Shown here piece after piece: positions 40,178 through 50,473 of a stretch of 64,000 bases of DNA (position 1 is the stretch's first letter; each line of letters starts with the position of its first letter). Made by a program: the position numbers and the translations under genes. The stretch is from assembly GCA_963803805.1 (NCBI GenBank), contig CAWDOD010000004.1, positions 352,001 to 416,000 on the forward strand, given 5' to 3'. Origin of the DNA: an uncultured cyanobacterium (GTDB taxonomy: Bacteria > Cyanobacteriota > Cyanobacteriia > Cyanobacteriales > CAWCAG01). Under the pieces are notes generated by a model that did not search any database, was not told the origin of the DNA, and saw only the letters and a list, made by a program, of their open reading frames with translations.

Positions 40178-42559
40178 TTAACTATTCTTAGTTTTGCTAA
40201 TGCTGGGAGGTTCTGTTTTTCTCAACTTTTTTGCCTTACCAATACCATTACATAATTGCCTTTCTTCTTCTGTAACGTGGGGATTATATTTTAAGTAGTT
40301 GCCGATGCGATCACAACTGTACTCCATTAAAGTATCTAAATCCCGATATGTAGTTGTGTCCCATAATCTAATTATACGCACATCGGCAGAAGCTAAGGTC
40401 TTACCATCTGGGCTAAAACTTAAGCTATTGACCCCCTCATGATGCCCTCTAAGAGTAACAATTTCGGTTCTTTCCTCTACATCCCATAATTTGATTGTGT
40501 CCCCACTCCCAGAAGCTAAGGTCTTACCATCTGGGCTGAAACTTAGGGTATGAACGCCGTAATCATGCCCTCTAAAAGTAACAATTTCAGTTCTTTCTTC
40601 TACATCCCATAGTTTGATAGTTTTGTCCCCACTGCCAGAAGCTAAGGTCTTACCATCTGGGCTGAAACTTAGGGTATCGACCATGTACCCATGTCCTTCG
40701 AGAGTAGCAATTCCAGTTCTATTCTCTACATCCCACAATTTGATAGTTTTATCTCCATTGGTAAAGGCTAAAATCTTACCATCTGAACTGAAACTTAGGC
40801 TATCGACACTGTAACCATATCCTTTGAGAGTAGCAATTTTGGTTCTATTCTCCACATCCCAAAGTTCGGTTGTATCTCCACTGGTAAAAGCGAAGGCCTT
40901 GCCATCTGGACTGAAACTCATGCTCCCAACACTGTAATGATATCCTTCGAGAGTAGCAATTTTGCTTTCTTTCTCCACATCCCATAATTTGACCGTATCC
41001 CCGATGGTAAAAGCGAAAGTCTTGCCATCTGGACTGAAACTCATGCTCCCAACACTGTAATGATATCCTTCGAGAGTAGCAATTTTGCTTTCTTTCTCCA
41101 CATCCCATAATTTAACCGTATTCCCAATCACAGCAGCTAAGGTCTTACCATCTGGGCTGAGAGTTAGGATACGGACCCACCCATCATGCCCCCTGAAAAT
41201 AGCAATTTCGCTTTCTTTCTCCACATCCCACAATGTGATTTTGTCCCAAAAGCCAGAGGCTAAGATTGTACCATCTGGGCTAAAACTTACACTTAGGTTC
41301 TCAATTGAGTTACCACCGTATTCTTCAAAGATAGCAATTTTGCTTTCTTTATCCACATCCCATAACTTGATCGTATCCCCACTGCCAGCAGCTAAGGTCT
41401 TACCATCTGGGCTAAAACTTAGGGTATTGCCCCAATGTCCTTCGAGGGTAGCAATTTGCTTTCCGTTTTCCGCATCCCATAATTTGATACCATGGTCTCC
41501 ACTGCCAGCAGCTAAGGTCTTACCATCAGGACTAAAAGTTATACTATTGCCTCTAAAAGTTCCACTATTGGCCCCCTTATTATATTCTTCGAGAGTAACA
41601 ATTTTATTATATTCTTCGAGAGTAGCAATTTCCTTTTTTTCCTCCACATCCCATAATTTAACAGTTCTGTCATCGCCGGCAGAAGCTAAGGTCTTACCAT
41701 CAGGACTAAAACTTACGCTATTGACAGCGGAATCATGCCCTTCAATAGTAGCAATTTCTTCTCCTCTCCTCACATCCCACAGTCGGATAAGGTTGTCCCC
41801 ACTGGCAGAGGCTAACATCTTACCATCTGGGCTAAAACTCACGCTATAGACATTGTTACTATGTCCTTTGAGGGCAGCGATTTCGGTTCTTTCCCCCACA
41901 TCCCATAATTGGATTGTGCTTCCACTGGCAGAGGCTAATATCTTACCATCTGGGCTAAAACTCACGCTATAGACGTTGTTACTATGTCCTTTGAGGGTAG
42001 CGATTGCGGTTCTTTCCTCCACATCCCATAATTGGATTGTGCTTCCACTGGCAGAGGCTAATATCTTACCATCTGGGCTAAAACTCACGCTATAGACCCA
42101 CCCATCTTGTCCTTCGAGAGTAGCAATTTGCTTTCCGTTTTCCGCATCCCATAATTTGATACTATTATCCCCACTGCCAGAGGCTAAGATTGTACCATCT
42201 GGGCTAAAACTTATACTATTGACCCTGTAATCATGTCCTTCCAGGCTGTTGATTTCACTATTTTTTTGAATATTGGCTATCAAGGCACTCGTCACATCCG
42301 GATCATCGCTGTTGTATTTTTGCAGAATTTTCCCAGCCCGCATTGCTGCAACAAAAGCATCCAAATCCGCTCTTTCGTTCAACTGTGCTAAGGAATAGTG
42401 ACCAAGAGTATCTGCTTTACTTAACTCTGCCTGCCTCTGCTGGTACTTAGCTACAAAAAATAATACAATACTAAACAACGCAGCTAGCGCAGAAACAAGC
42501 GTAATGAGCCGTAAAGTTGTAATATTTCCTTGTCTTCGAGCTTCTGTTTGTTCCCTCAT
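40178..42559 (-). CDS. WD40-repeat protein (about 15 repeats) with one N-terminal TM helix
   Basis: Repeated LEGH...VSFSPDGKTLAS...IKLWD; LDTLMEYSCDRIGNYLKYNP tail typical of NTPase-WD40 proteins. Confidence 0.93.
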   Translation of the reverse strand: MREQTEARRQGNITTLRLITLVSALAALFSIVLFFVAKYQQRQAELSKADTLGHYSLAQLNERADLDAFVAAMRAGKILQKYNSDDPDVTSALIANIQKNSEINSLEGHDYRVNSISFSPDGTILASGSGDNSIKLWDAENGKQIATLEGQDGWVYSVSFSPDGKILASASGSTIQLWDVEERTAIATLKGHSNNVYSVSFSPDGKILASASGSTIQLWDVGERTEIAALKGHSNNVYSVSFSPDGKMLASASGDNLIRLWDVRRGEEIATIEGHDSAVNSVSFSPDGKTLASAGDDRTVKLWDVEEKKEIATLEEYNKIVTLEEYNKGANSGTFRGNSITFSPDGKTLAAGSGDHGIKLWDAENGKQIATLEGHWGNTLSFSPDGKTLAAGSGDTIKLWDVDKESKIAIFEEYGGNSIENLSVSFSPDGTILASGFWDKITLWDVEKESEIAIFRGHDGWVRILTLSPDGKTLAAVIGNTVKLWDVEKESKIATLEGYHYSVGSMSFSPDGKTFAFTIGDTVKLWDVEKESKIATLEGYHYSVGSMSFSPDGKAFAFTSGDTTELWDVENRTKIATLKGYGYSVDSLSFSSDGKILAFTNGDKTIKLWDVENRTGIATLEGHGYMVDTLSFSPDGKTLASGSGDKTIKLWDVEERTEIVTFRGHDYGVHTLSFSPDGKTLASGSGDTIKLWDVEERTEIVTLRGHHEGVNSLSFSPDGKTLASADVRIIRLWDTTTYRDLDTLMEYSCDRIGNYLKYNPHVTEEERQLCNGIGKAKKLRKTEPPSISKTKNS

Positions 42560-42662
42560 AAGCTTCTGTCGTTAGATGCTCCCCTCAACAATAAATTCTA
42601 ACTTAGAAATCGAACTCTTTCGGGGCTTCCTTTAATGGTAGTCCTAAACAGGTAATGATGAA

Positions 42663-43082
42663 TTATAGTGATGGATATAATGATGAATTATAGTGATGGA
42701 TAAAATTCCAGATAGCTCCAAGATGATTTTCCAGTTTCTTGGAAAAGGAAAGAGCTTTTCTGACTAATCGCGAAATTCGCTGCCTTAGTGTACAGTTGAA
42801 TCGCTCAATATGACCGGTCTTGCCCGTTTCTTTGCCTACAGCTTGATGTCGTTTGCTCGGAATCACATTTTCATAAGCTTCCCAAAAATCTGTATAGACC
42901 ACTGCACATTGGCGGTAGACTCCAGGTAAAGAAGACCATAGTTTTCTAGCAGCATCACGATTCCTTTGACCAATGTAAACTCCGACAATTTCTCTGGTTC
43001 GCTCATCTATGGCTAACCAAACCCATTGTTTATTACCTTTGTGATCTACAAATGACCATAGCTCGTCAGCTTCCACTGTCAA
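42663..43082 (-). CDS. insB: IS1 transposase InsB part (reached by -1 frameshift)
   Basis: EADELWSFV, YTDFWEAY, HIERFNCTLRQR. Confidence 0.92.
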   Translation of the reverse strand: MTVEADELWSFVDHKGNKQWVWLAIDERTREIVGVYIGQRNRDAARKLWSSLPGVYRQCAVVYTDFWEAYENVIPSKRHQAVGKETGKTGHIERFNCTLRQRISRLVRKALSFSKKLENHLGAIWNFIHHYNSSLYPSL

Positions 43083-43387
43083 CTTACCTTTTTTTTAGCA
43101 GATACATTTACCTGTCTAGGAATAGCAGCGTACTTGGCGTTGACATAGTCCTGTAGCCATTTTTCCGACACTTGGACTACCCTGGCAATCCCCGCTAGGG
43201 AAATCCTCTCTAACAACAGACGCTCTATCAGGACTTTGGTCTGAGCTGTAATTATTTTATTGGTCGGATTTTCTACAAACTGTCGTCCGCACTCACAGCA
43301 CTTAAAACGTTGTTTGCCGTTGTGGATATGACCATTTTTGACCACTTGCTGGGAGTTACATTGAGGACAATTGACCATGGAGAGCAT
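43079..43387 (-). CDS. insA: IS1 InsA part
   Basis: CPQC...KNG...GKQRFKCCEC zinc ribbon, HTH, ends at GCT AAA AAA AAG. Confidence 0.92.
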   Translation of the reverse strand: MLSMVNCPQCNSQQVVKNGHIHNGKQRFKCCECGRQFVENPTNKIITAQTKVLIERLLLERISLAGIARVVQVSEKWLQDYVNAKYAAIPRQVNVSAKKKVS

Positions 43388-43445
43388 TCTTTGTTCACAA
43401 GATTTTCTCTCCTCATATTATTATCATTACCTCTACATCACTACC

Positions 43446-44467
43446 CCATTTTCATCTAAACGCAGTAAGTTAGGTGAGAGCATAGTGTGACCAACTCGGT
43501 AAGCTGCGGTGGAAAACTCATTACTAATGCTGGGGTTAACATCATCTTGATATCCCCTGTAATTTCCTAAACCTTCCCCAAGGATGAGGGGCAGGAATTC
43601 GTTATAGGTAATGAGCTGCATTTGCGCCCCCACAATAGCCCTGGCTTGTTGATAAATCTCTTCATCGGTCAAACTAGGGTTTTGGGCCACAATCTCTTGG
43701 GCTAAGCGGTTGTGTTCCCGAACAAATAAGGTGTGCATGGCGATTAAACCAACTTGTTCGTTAGCCCGTATATCTCCAGCTAAGAAGAAGTTACTATCAC
43801 TTAAAGGAAGTAAATTACCTGTACTAGTTTTTAATTTACCTCCGATGCCACTACGCAAGGAAGCGGCGGTAGTAGCGTCGGAGCCGTAGACGTTGGAAGC
43901 ATCAATAAAAGCGGTAATGCCATTAGTTTGTTGGCGAGGATTATCCTTACCTGTTCCCGTTGAAAGATCGTAGATGGAACGGTTAAGCTCGATTTCTTGA
44001 GTTCCTGTATGATAGGGGTCGAACCAAGGATCTCCTGAAGGTACAGAAATATTAAAAGGTTCTGGGTTATGGCTCCCTTCTGTGAGGTCAATATCGTGAT
44101 CTACAAATTGTCCCCACTGCCAAAGGAAATCACTTGCTCCTAAACTATTAAAAATTGAGCCAGATTGCTCAGAAACTCCATTACTAATAGCGCGAGGGCT
44201 AGGAAGTTGCAATGCTGAGTTGATACCTCCTCCCCTTGGTTCAGAAATACCATCTTGATAACTAGAATGTGTTAAACGTAACAGTTGAGTGTGGCTACTA
44301 CCCCAATTTTGGTTACTAAGGTTATTATTTGTACCATCTATAGTGCGGAAATCAGCAGCCTTTGCTTCTGGTAAAGCTACTAAAGTAAGGGATGCACTTA
44401 TAATTAACCCCCCTAATACTTGTCGGGATGGTTGAGTGAGAAGTTGACTGCTTAAAAAAAATTTCAT
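43446..44467 (-). pseudogene. Secreted animal-type heme peroxidase, 3'-truncated by IS1
   Basis: Signal peptide; RTIDGTNNN, WGQFVDHD, GDIRANE, REHN, EFSTAAYRVGHTM; the ORF runs into the IS1 end and stops. Confidence 0.88.
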
Positions 44468-44720
44468 GGTTCTGCCGAGGTAATCTGTATTTATAACGCC
44501 TGTACTACACGATTGCACCCTAGGTTTTCTGAAGTTAGTAGATATTGTTATTTATCACTCTTGTGAGTATAAGATTATCTTCTCTCACATACAGGGGAAT
44601 GTCAAGGGACAAATGTACTACAAAGTGAATAGCTTTGAATTACCAAGACAAAATACTTACTCTCACAGTCCATGGGTTAAAATTAGACCAATATATTTCT
44701 TTTGAGTGTGAGCGTGCGCT

Positions 44721-46022
44721 GTGATTACCCAAGACTTTCTCAAAGCTGTAGCTGACGAACATAAGGTTTCCAAGGGTGAATTGGAGGTTCTCTCTTTAGC
44801 AATGAAAGGTCAATCCACGGCTGCTATTGCTGAGAGTATAGGTATTAGCGGCGATGCGGTACGCAAGAGATTGAGTGAGGTTTATCAGAAATTTCAAATT
44901 GCGGGTAGGGGCCCTGTAAAGTTAACTAAATTACAACAACTTTTAGTTACCCGCTATCAAGCTCACATGGCAAGTCATGGAGGGTTTGCTAATAGTAACG
45001 TTTATTCGGTTAACAATTCTGCAACTCAACATTACGCAGATTGGGGAGAAGCACCAGATGTTTCTGTATTTTATGGTCGCACAGAAGAACTAAAAACCCT
45101 AGAACAATGGATTGTTAAAGATGGTTGCCGTCTAGTTGCCTTATTAGGCATGAAAGGTATTGGTAAAACAGCTTTATCCGTCAAGATAGCTAAGAAAATA
45201 GAAGGTAAATTCACTTGTGTTGTGTGGCGTTCGCTACGTCAAGCACCATCTATAGAAGATTTCTTAGGAGAATTGATTGAAGCTTTGACCCCCCAACAGG
45301 ACAAAATTATACCAGAAACGAAAGAAGAACGTTTAGCTTGGTTAATTGAGCATTTCCGCAATTTCCGATGTTTAGTGATCCTAGATAATATAGGCTCAAT
45401 TCTCCGTAGTGGCGATTTAGCGGGAACCTATGAAGAGGGATATGAAGATTATGGGTTGCTCTTCAAAAAAGTAGGGGGGGAACCTCACCAAAGTTGCTTA
45501 TTAATTACTTGTCAAGAAAAACTCAACGAAATCTCTTTATTAGAAGGAGAAACTTCTCCTGTTCGTTCCCTGAAATTGGAAGGTTTAGGGGAAGTAGCAA
45601 GACAAATCCTCAAAGAGAAAGGATTATCAGGGGAGAAGAATTGGGTACATCTTATTAAAGGCTATCGCGGCAATCCTTTAATGTTGAAACTGGTAGCAAT
45701 GACGATTAAAGAAGTATTCGACGGTGATGTGACGGATTTTCTTTCTACTACCCTATTTACACACGATGTCAGCGATTTTATTGAAGAAATGCTCGACAGA
45801 TTATCTGAGTTAGAAAATCAGCTTATTTGTCAAATGGCGAGTCAGAAAAAACCAATTTCCGTAGCTGAGTTACAAAAAAGTTTAGCAGATGTCTCCCCCC
45901 AAAATCTCCTCCAAGCCTTAGCTTCCCTCCGACAGCGATCGCTAATTGAAAAGGTAAAAGATGGTTTCACTTTACCCCCAGCAGTTATGGAAGTGACAGC
46001 ACAAATCATGACAGAGAGTTAA
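44721..46022 (+). CDS. LuxR-like HTH plus NB-ARC domain protein
   Basis: ELEVLSL...STAAIAESIGISGDAVRKRL; DWGEAPDVSVFYGRTEEL, GMKGIGKT, LVILDN, GNPLML; no repeat domain. Confidence 0.9.
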   Translation: MITQDFLKAVADEHKVSKGELEVLSLAMKGQSTAAIAESIGISGDAVRKRLSEVYQKFQIAGRGPVKLTKLQQLLVTRYQAHMASHGGFANSNVYSVNNSATQHYADWGEAPDVSVFYGRTEELKTLEQWIVKDGCRLVALLGMKGIGKTALSVKIAKKIEGKFTCVVWRSLRQAPSIEDFLGELIEALTPQQDKIIPETKEERLAWLIEHFRNFRCLVILDNIGSILRSGDLAGTYEEGYEDYGLLFKKVGGEPHQSCLLITCQEKLNEISLLEGETSPVRSLKLEGLGEVARQILKEKGLSGEKNWVHLIKGYRGNPLMLKLVAMTIKEVFDGDVTDFLSTTLFTHDVSDFIEEMLDRLSELENQLICQMASQKKPISVAELQKSLADVSPQNLLQALASLRQRSLIEKVKDGFTLPPAVMEVTAQIMTES

Positions 46023-46097
46023 CACCACAGATAAAGAGACAAGATCATTTAAACCCAATTTCTAACGGCAAGCCGTACATTGATAACTGATAACTGA

Positions 46098-46760
46098 TTA
46101 AAGTAATCCTCGGTAGCGAATAAATAGTAAAATAACGGCCCACGAACCTAATGCCACTTTAATTGCTACGAGAATATTGAGTATAGGAATCATGCCACCG
46201 CTAAAAAGTGTACCTAATTCTCCTTGGGGTAATTCCCAGCCAATTAGGGTTAGAATCGCTAATAAGATAAAAATTAAAACTGAAACCTTCTCCCAAGTGG
46301 CAGCTTGCCATTTTTTATAGATTTTTTCCATCTCTTGAGATGACGAGGTGATAGCAATTAAGCCAATGGCTGTTCCCCCAGCTACCCCAGCCGCAAAACC
46401 GCCACCGGGACTAAGATGCCCACGGATTGCTAGTTCGATACTTACTAAGGTAGCAATGGTTGCCCCCAAACGCGCCAAGATCATGGAGGGGCGATCGCTA
46501 AATTGATAAACTGTTTCGGTTGGTGTTTCATTGGCTAAGAGAAAACCTACCCCCAAAATTGAAATAGAAAATACGATAACCTCAAAAATTGTGTCATAGA
46601 GGCGATTTCTAAAAATGATGCCAGAAACCGCATTAGATACGCCACTATCTTTGACTATAGACTCAACAATCGAAAATTCTTCCCATTCTGGTGTCACATT
46701 GGGCATAACCAACACTTTGATGAATAGTAATATTCCTGCTGCAATATAAACCCCCTTCAT
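46098..46760 (-). CDS. mnhB: Na+/H+ antiporter subunit B
   Basis: NAVSGIIFRNRLYDTIFE, RGHLSPGGGFAAG. Confidence 0.9.
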   Translation of the reverse strand: MKGVYIAAGILLFIKVLVMPNVTPEWEEFSIVESIVKDSGVSNAVSGIIFRNRLYDTIFEVIVFSISILGVGFLLANETPTETVYQFSDRPSMILARLGATIATLVSIELAIRGHLSPGGGFAAGVAGGTAIGLIAITSSSQEMEKIYKKWQAATWEKVSVLIFILLAILTLIGWELPQGELGTLFSGGMIPILNILVAIKVALGSWAVILLFIRYRGLL

Positions 46761-47320
46761 TAATGCTTGTCCTCCAGGTTAGCTACAGGTGTGTATTTCA
46801 AACTCATTTGTGGGATATGTAACTCAGTTTGGATAATCTCAAAAAGGCGGTGAACTCTAATTGTCGTTTGATAAATTTGCTGGCTATCTGAGTTCAATTG
46901 CTTTTGCTTAGTACAAGTAGCGTGAACTTCTTTAGTTATCAATGCCTGTTCTAAAGCTTGGGAATTAGGATACGGCACTAACTCAAGGCGTAAATAATGC
47001 TCATCAATAACTTTCTTGAGAGTAGTGATTAGTTCGACAAAACTAACCTCTGTTTCTGCCTCTACTTCTTCAAGTACCCCTAAACGCATCACCAAAGAGG
47101 AACGCACTGCAACGACATACAGGGTAATTGCTAACATTGTACCAACCAAAGCTTCAGTTAAAGCCACATCCGCAGCCCCTAAAACTGCATATACTAAAGC
47201 AGCTACGGCCCCTAATATAGCTCGGATCACCAAAGCTTGGTAGGGATTAACTTGAAATACCAACATCAATGCGGCTAAAGGTAGTAGGGCAATGATGACA
47301 TAAATAGAAATATCACTCAT
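46760..47320 (-). CDS. DUF4040 domain Mrp subunit (MrpA C-terminal-like)
   Basis: LGAADVALTEALVG. Confidence 0.85.
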   Translation of the reverse strand: MSDISIYVIIALLPLAALMLVFQVNPYQALVIRAILGAVAALVYAVLGAADVALTEALVGTMLAITLYVVAVRSSLVMRLGVLEEVEAETEVSFVELITTLKKVIDEHYLRLELVPYPNSQALEQALITKEVHATCTKQKQLNSDSQQIYQTTIRVHRLFEIIQTELHIPQMSLKYTPVANLEDKH

Positions 47321-47591
47321 TGTTTACTCCACTACTAGAACAGTATGCCAAGACATACCCCAACACAGTATTCCAAATTGCTAAAGAAATAATTGCTAGG
47401 AGTAATAGTGGCCATTCACTAGGTATCTTCAGAAGTAAACCAATAACAATACTCATTGAACCAAGGGTATCGGCTACCGAAAGACTGTGGAGTTTAAATA
47501 AAACTGATCTTTTACCAATCAAGGGCAGGGTTCCCCAAAACCAAAAGATCAGGCCGATAATTATGCAACTATAACTTAAAATATCAATCAT
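47313..47591 (-). CDS. mnhG: Monovalent cation/H+ antiporter subunit G
   Basis: KLHSLSVADTLGS; operon position. Confidence 0.85.
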   Translation of the reverse strand: MIDILSYSCIIIGLIFWFWGTLPLIGKRSVLFKLHSLSVADTLGSMSIVIGLLLKIPSEWPLLLLAIISLAIWNTVLGYVLAYCSSSGVNNE

Positions 47592-47845
47592 ACTTCGTTT
47601 AAACGTTTGATTAAATGTGCTAACAGCATTAACCCTGCATTACCCACACTAAGGATGATGACAGCAACTACCCCAATTGACCAATCATCACGCAAAACAG
47701 AGACAACCAACATCATGATTGAGGTTTTAGTGGCAATGCTGGCAAAGGCAAGCATTTTTTGCCAAATATCATTATCCTGCCAGGCTTCATAAATGGGTAT
47801 AAGTAAAGCCAAAATCATCGCAATTAAAATAGAATCCATATTCAA
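47588..47845 (-). CDS. mnhF: Antiporter subunit F-like small membrane protein
   Basis: 3 TM, 85 aa, position between E and G. Confidence 0.65.
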   Translation of the reverse strand: MNMDSILIAMILALLIPIYEAWQDNDIWQKMLAFASIATKTSIMMLVVSVLRDDWSIGVVAVIILSVGNAGLMLLAHLIKRLNEV

Positions 47846-47873
47846 AACCTATTAAGCTATTACTTATTACTTA

Positions 47874-48275
47874 TTACTTATTGCTTTTCTTTCTCCTCCT
47901 AACCCTATGTACCTCATACCAGCCCTGTTCGTGATATTTCAAAACAATAGTTTTCGGGGTGAAGGTAATTAAAAATATATCGAGAAATACAAGCCCTGGT
48001 GTTCGTCTGGGTTTAACTTTTTCGCAAACAAAATCTTCATCATTATGGGGACGAAGCATAATCTCTACCGCTTCTATATAAGCTTGGGGAATGGCGACAA
48101 CAATCTCCCAAAATACCTGCAACCAATCTTTTAAGACTCCTGGGGATTTGTGGCTATGGGGCAACAACAAAGCAATACTGACACCAATAATAATGTTTGG
48201 CAAATTAAAATTACCAGTAAGCAAAAACCAGATTGTCAGTCGCAGTATTATATTGAGATAGGTAATTGCGTCCAT
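47874..48275 (-). CDS. mnhE: Na+/H+ antiporter subunit E
   Basis: IWFLLT, ITFTPKTIV, YEVH. Confidence 0.85.
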   Translation of the reverse strand: MDAITYLNIILRLTIWFLLTGNFNLPNIIIGVSIALLLPHSHKSPGVLKDWLQVFWEIVVAIPQAYIEAVEIMLRPHNDEDFVCEKVKPRRTPGLVFLDIFLITFTPKTIVLKYHEQGWYEVHRVRRRKKSNK

Positions 48276-49735
48276 ATTATCCAGAAGAGTAAGATTAATA
48301 TTAGGCTCATAACTCCAATCAGATGATCAAAGTTTTCGCTGCCACGGGGTAGCTTAATTGCTAATTTCTTGAAAATAAAAAGATATGCTAGCCAGCCAAT
48401 AGCAATAGTTACCAGTGGTTTGACAATATTTTTGAGGGTGTAAGCTTCGTAATAAACGCCATTGGCAGCAATCAATGCGCCGAGTAAGACAGCCATCGCT
48501 AACCAAAAACCCAGCTTTACCTCTTTCTTTTTGCCCTCTTCGTTAATTGTTTCATCATGGGAAATCTCCATTGCACCGTGGGGTAAAAAGATGAATTTAG
48601 CAAAGGAAATAGTTGTTCCTAATGCGGCAATATTCATAGCAATAACTTGCCAGGGTAAGAGATTTTGGGTTGTTAATATCTTTGCCCCAAAACCAGATAG
48701 TAAAGGAAAGCCAGAGATCGAAAAGCTAGCTATAACTAAAGCAAGCCAAATCTTGGTATCAATAGGCTGATGTTGTAATTCTTTGAAGTTACGGCTGGGT
48801 AATCTACCAGCAATCAAAAATAAGGCAGATTTAACTAAGCCGTGAGTCAGTGCGTAAAAACCAGCCACCACAGGGGCAGCAAGAATAAAACCTAATTGGG
48901 AAATGGTATGAAATGCCAACATCCGCTTGGTATCTTTTTCAAATACGGCATAGCCTACTCCTAATAGTGCTGTACTAACACCGAAAAGCCTGACGATGGG
49001 ATCGATTTCTTCTAATATCAGCGCCAAACGCACTAAGGGAAATACCCCGGCTTTAACCACTACTCCCGATAGCATTGCCGATACGGGGGTTTCTGATTCA
49101 GAGTGGGTTAAGGGCAACCATAACCCTGAGACAAAAATACCACCTTTAACTAACAACCCTAAGAAAATGAGGGCGATCGCTTCTGGGGAAGAATTTTCTA
49201 AACCTGCAAAATTAAAGGAATGATTGCTTTGATATACTAACGCTGCCCCCACCAGATAAAACAACATTGAGGTATTGCTAACAAAGAGGTAACGCAATGC
49301 TACCCAAATTGCCCTATCACTACGAGGATAAGCAATCAAGAGAAATGCAGCAATGCTGATGACTTCTAAGGCTACATACAAACTAATAAAATCTGCACAA
49401 ATAAAGGTAGCATTAACGCTGCCATGCAAAATTACTACCTGCATATAGAAAAAAGCCGTTTTACCACTTTGCCAACAGTAAAGAATGACGGCTGTTGTCA
49501 CTAAGGCATTGGTTAAAATAAAAAAGCCACTCAGTTGATCGATGGCTAAAGTAACACCAAAATTATCTAATAATTGTATATCTAAAGGTGAGGGGCTTAA
49601 AAATATTTGCAAAGCATAGAAAGCAGAAAACAAAGCTATTCCTAATGCCAAAAAGCGATCTAGTTTAGGTAGCAGATAGATAACAAATCCCACGAAAAAT
49701 GGTAAAGCAATCCAGGCGACTGTAATATTGGTCAT
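48248..49735 (-). CDS. mnhD: Cation:proton antiporter subunit D
   Basis: SLYVALEV, LWLPLTH, SAMLSGVVVK, KRMLAFHTISQLG, HGLVKSALF. Confidence 0.9.
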   Translation of the reverse strand: MTNITVAWIALPFFVGFVIYLLPKLDRFLALGIALFSAFYALQIFLSPSPLDIQLLDNFGVTLAIDQLSGFFILTNALVTTAVILYCWQSGKTAFFYMQVVILHGSVNATFICADFISLYVALEVISIAAFLLIAYPRSDRAIWVALRYLFVSNTSMLFYLVGAALVYQSNHSFNFAGLENSSPEAIALIFLGLLVKGGIFVSGLWLPLTHSESETPVSAMLSGVVVKAGVFPLVRLALILEEIDPIVRLFGVSTALLGVGYAVFEKDTKRMLAFHTISQLGFILAAPVVAGFYALTHGLVKSALFLIAGRLPSRNFKELQHQPIDTKIWLALVIASFSISGFPLLSGFGAKILTTQNLLPWQVIAMNIAALGTTISFAKFIFLPHGAMEISHDETINEEGKKKEVKLGFWLAMAVLLGALIAANGVYYEAYTLKNIVKPLVTIAIGWLAYLFIFKKLAIKLPRGSENFDHLIGVMSLILILLFWIIWTQLPISI

Positions 49736-50067
49736 GGCATATTATTCTCTTCAATCGCCCTAGTTTCTAGCGTAGGATTATCCCTAGCTAACTTCATTAC
49801 CCCTACCAGCATCAAAGCTTGAATTGAAAAGCCGATCACAATCGCTGTCAAAATAACTGCCTGGGGAACAGGATCTGCATAATTCACTTCTTTAGCATTA
49901 GCAACAATTGGTGTATATAAACCATTTTGTGATGCTACTAGGACATAATAGGCAATTACCCCCGTACTCATAATGTCCATTGAGACAATTTTCATTACCA
50001 AATTTTTTTTAAAAATAATACCGAAAAATCCACATAATATGGTGATGAATATACAAGCTTCTAACAT
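49732..50067 (-). CDS. mnhC: Na+/H+ antiporter subunit C
   Basis: ADPVPQAVILTAIVIG. Confidence 0.92.
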   Translation of the reverse strand: MLEACIFITILCGFFGIIFKKNLVMKIVSMDIMSTGVIAYYVLVASQNGLYTPIVANAKEVNYADPVPQAVILTAIVIGFSIQALMLVGVMKLARDNPTLETRAIEENNMP

Positions 50068-50473
50068 GGTTATTAATTAGTTTTTCTTAAAATCGAAATT
50101 AAATAGAACTTAGAATAACTGGAACTTTGCAAAAAAGTTAACTAGCCATGTTGATGTTAGATTAAATAGACTAAGACATAATCATAATAATTCAAATTGT
50201 ATATACTTAAATCTATTGTTAAAAAAGTTTCAATTGATTTTAATCTATATTCTGATTCTACATTAATAACAAAAAAAAGCAATATTCCCAGCTTATTAGC
50301 TTTCTTAATGCCATGATTAAAGAAAACTAATACATTTAGCTATTTGCGAACTCTTTGAGAGATCGTTTTTTCTATCATGCCTTCCTGTCTTTCTACCGAA
50401 TAGGTGGTATAGATTAATTATATAAATGCTAAATGGTGCGTTCCTGCACCCTACAGGAGCTAATTCAAAATTT

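Larger units (their letters stand above)
42637..43445 (-). mobile_element. IS1-family insertion sequence (809 bp)
   Basis: Inverted ends GGTAGTCCTAAACAGGTAATGAT / rc GGTAGTGATGTAGAGGTAATGAT; insA and insB overlap at an A8 slippery run; no flanking duplication. Confidence 0.9.

Noticed and set aside
41085-41849. 254-aa plus-strand ORF and other antisense ORFs (e.g. 5422-5799, 29952-30404, 39007-39294, 61263-61652)
   Set aside because: Shadow or alternate-frame ORFs of well-supported genes, with no independent motifs
43079-43100. Frame break between insA and insB as a pseudogene lesion
   Set aside because: The A8 run at the overlap is the normal IS1 -1 frameshift signal
46098-50067. Mrp cluster lacking a full MrpA as a novelty
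   Set aside because: The C-D-E-F-G-DUF4040-B arrangement is an established cyanobacterial form
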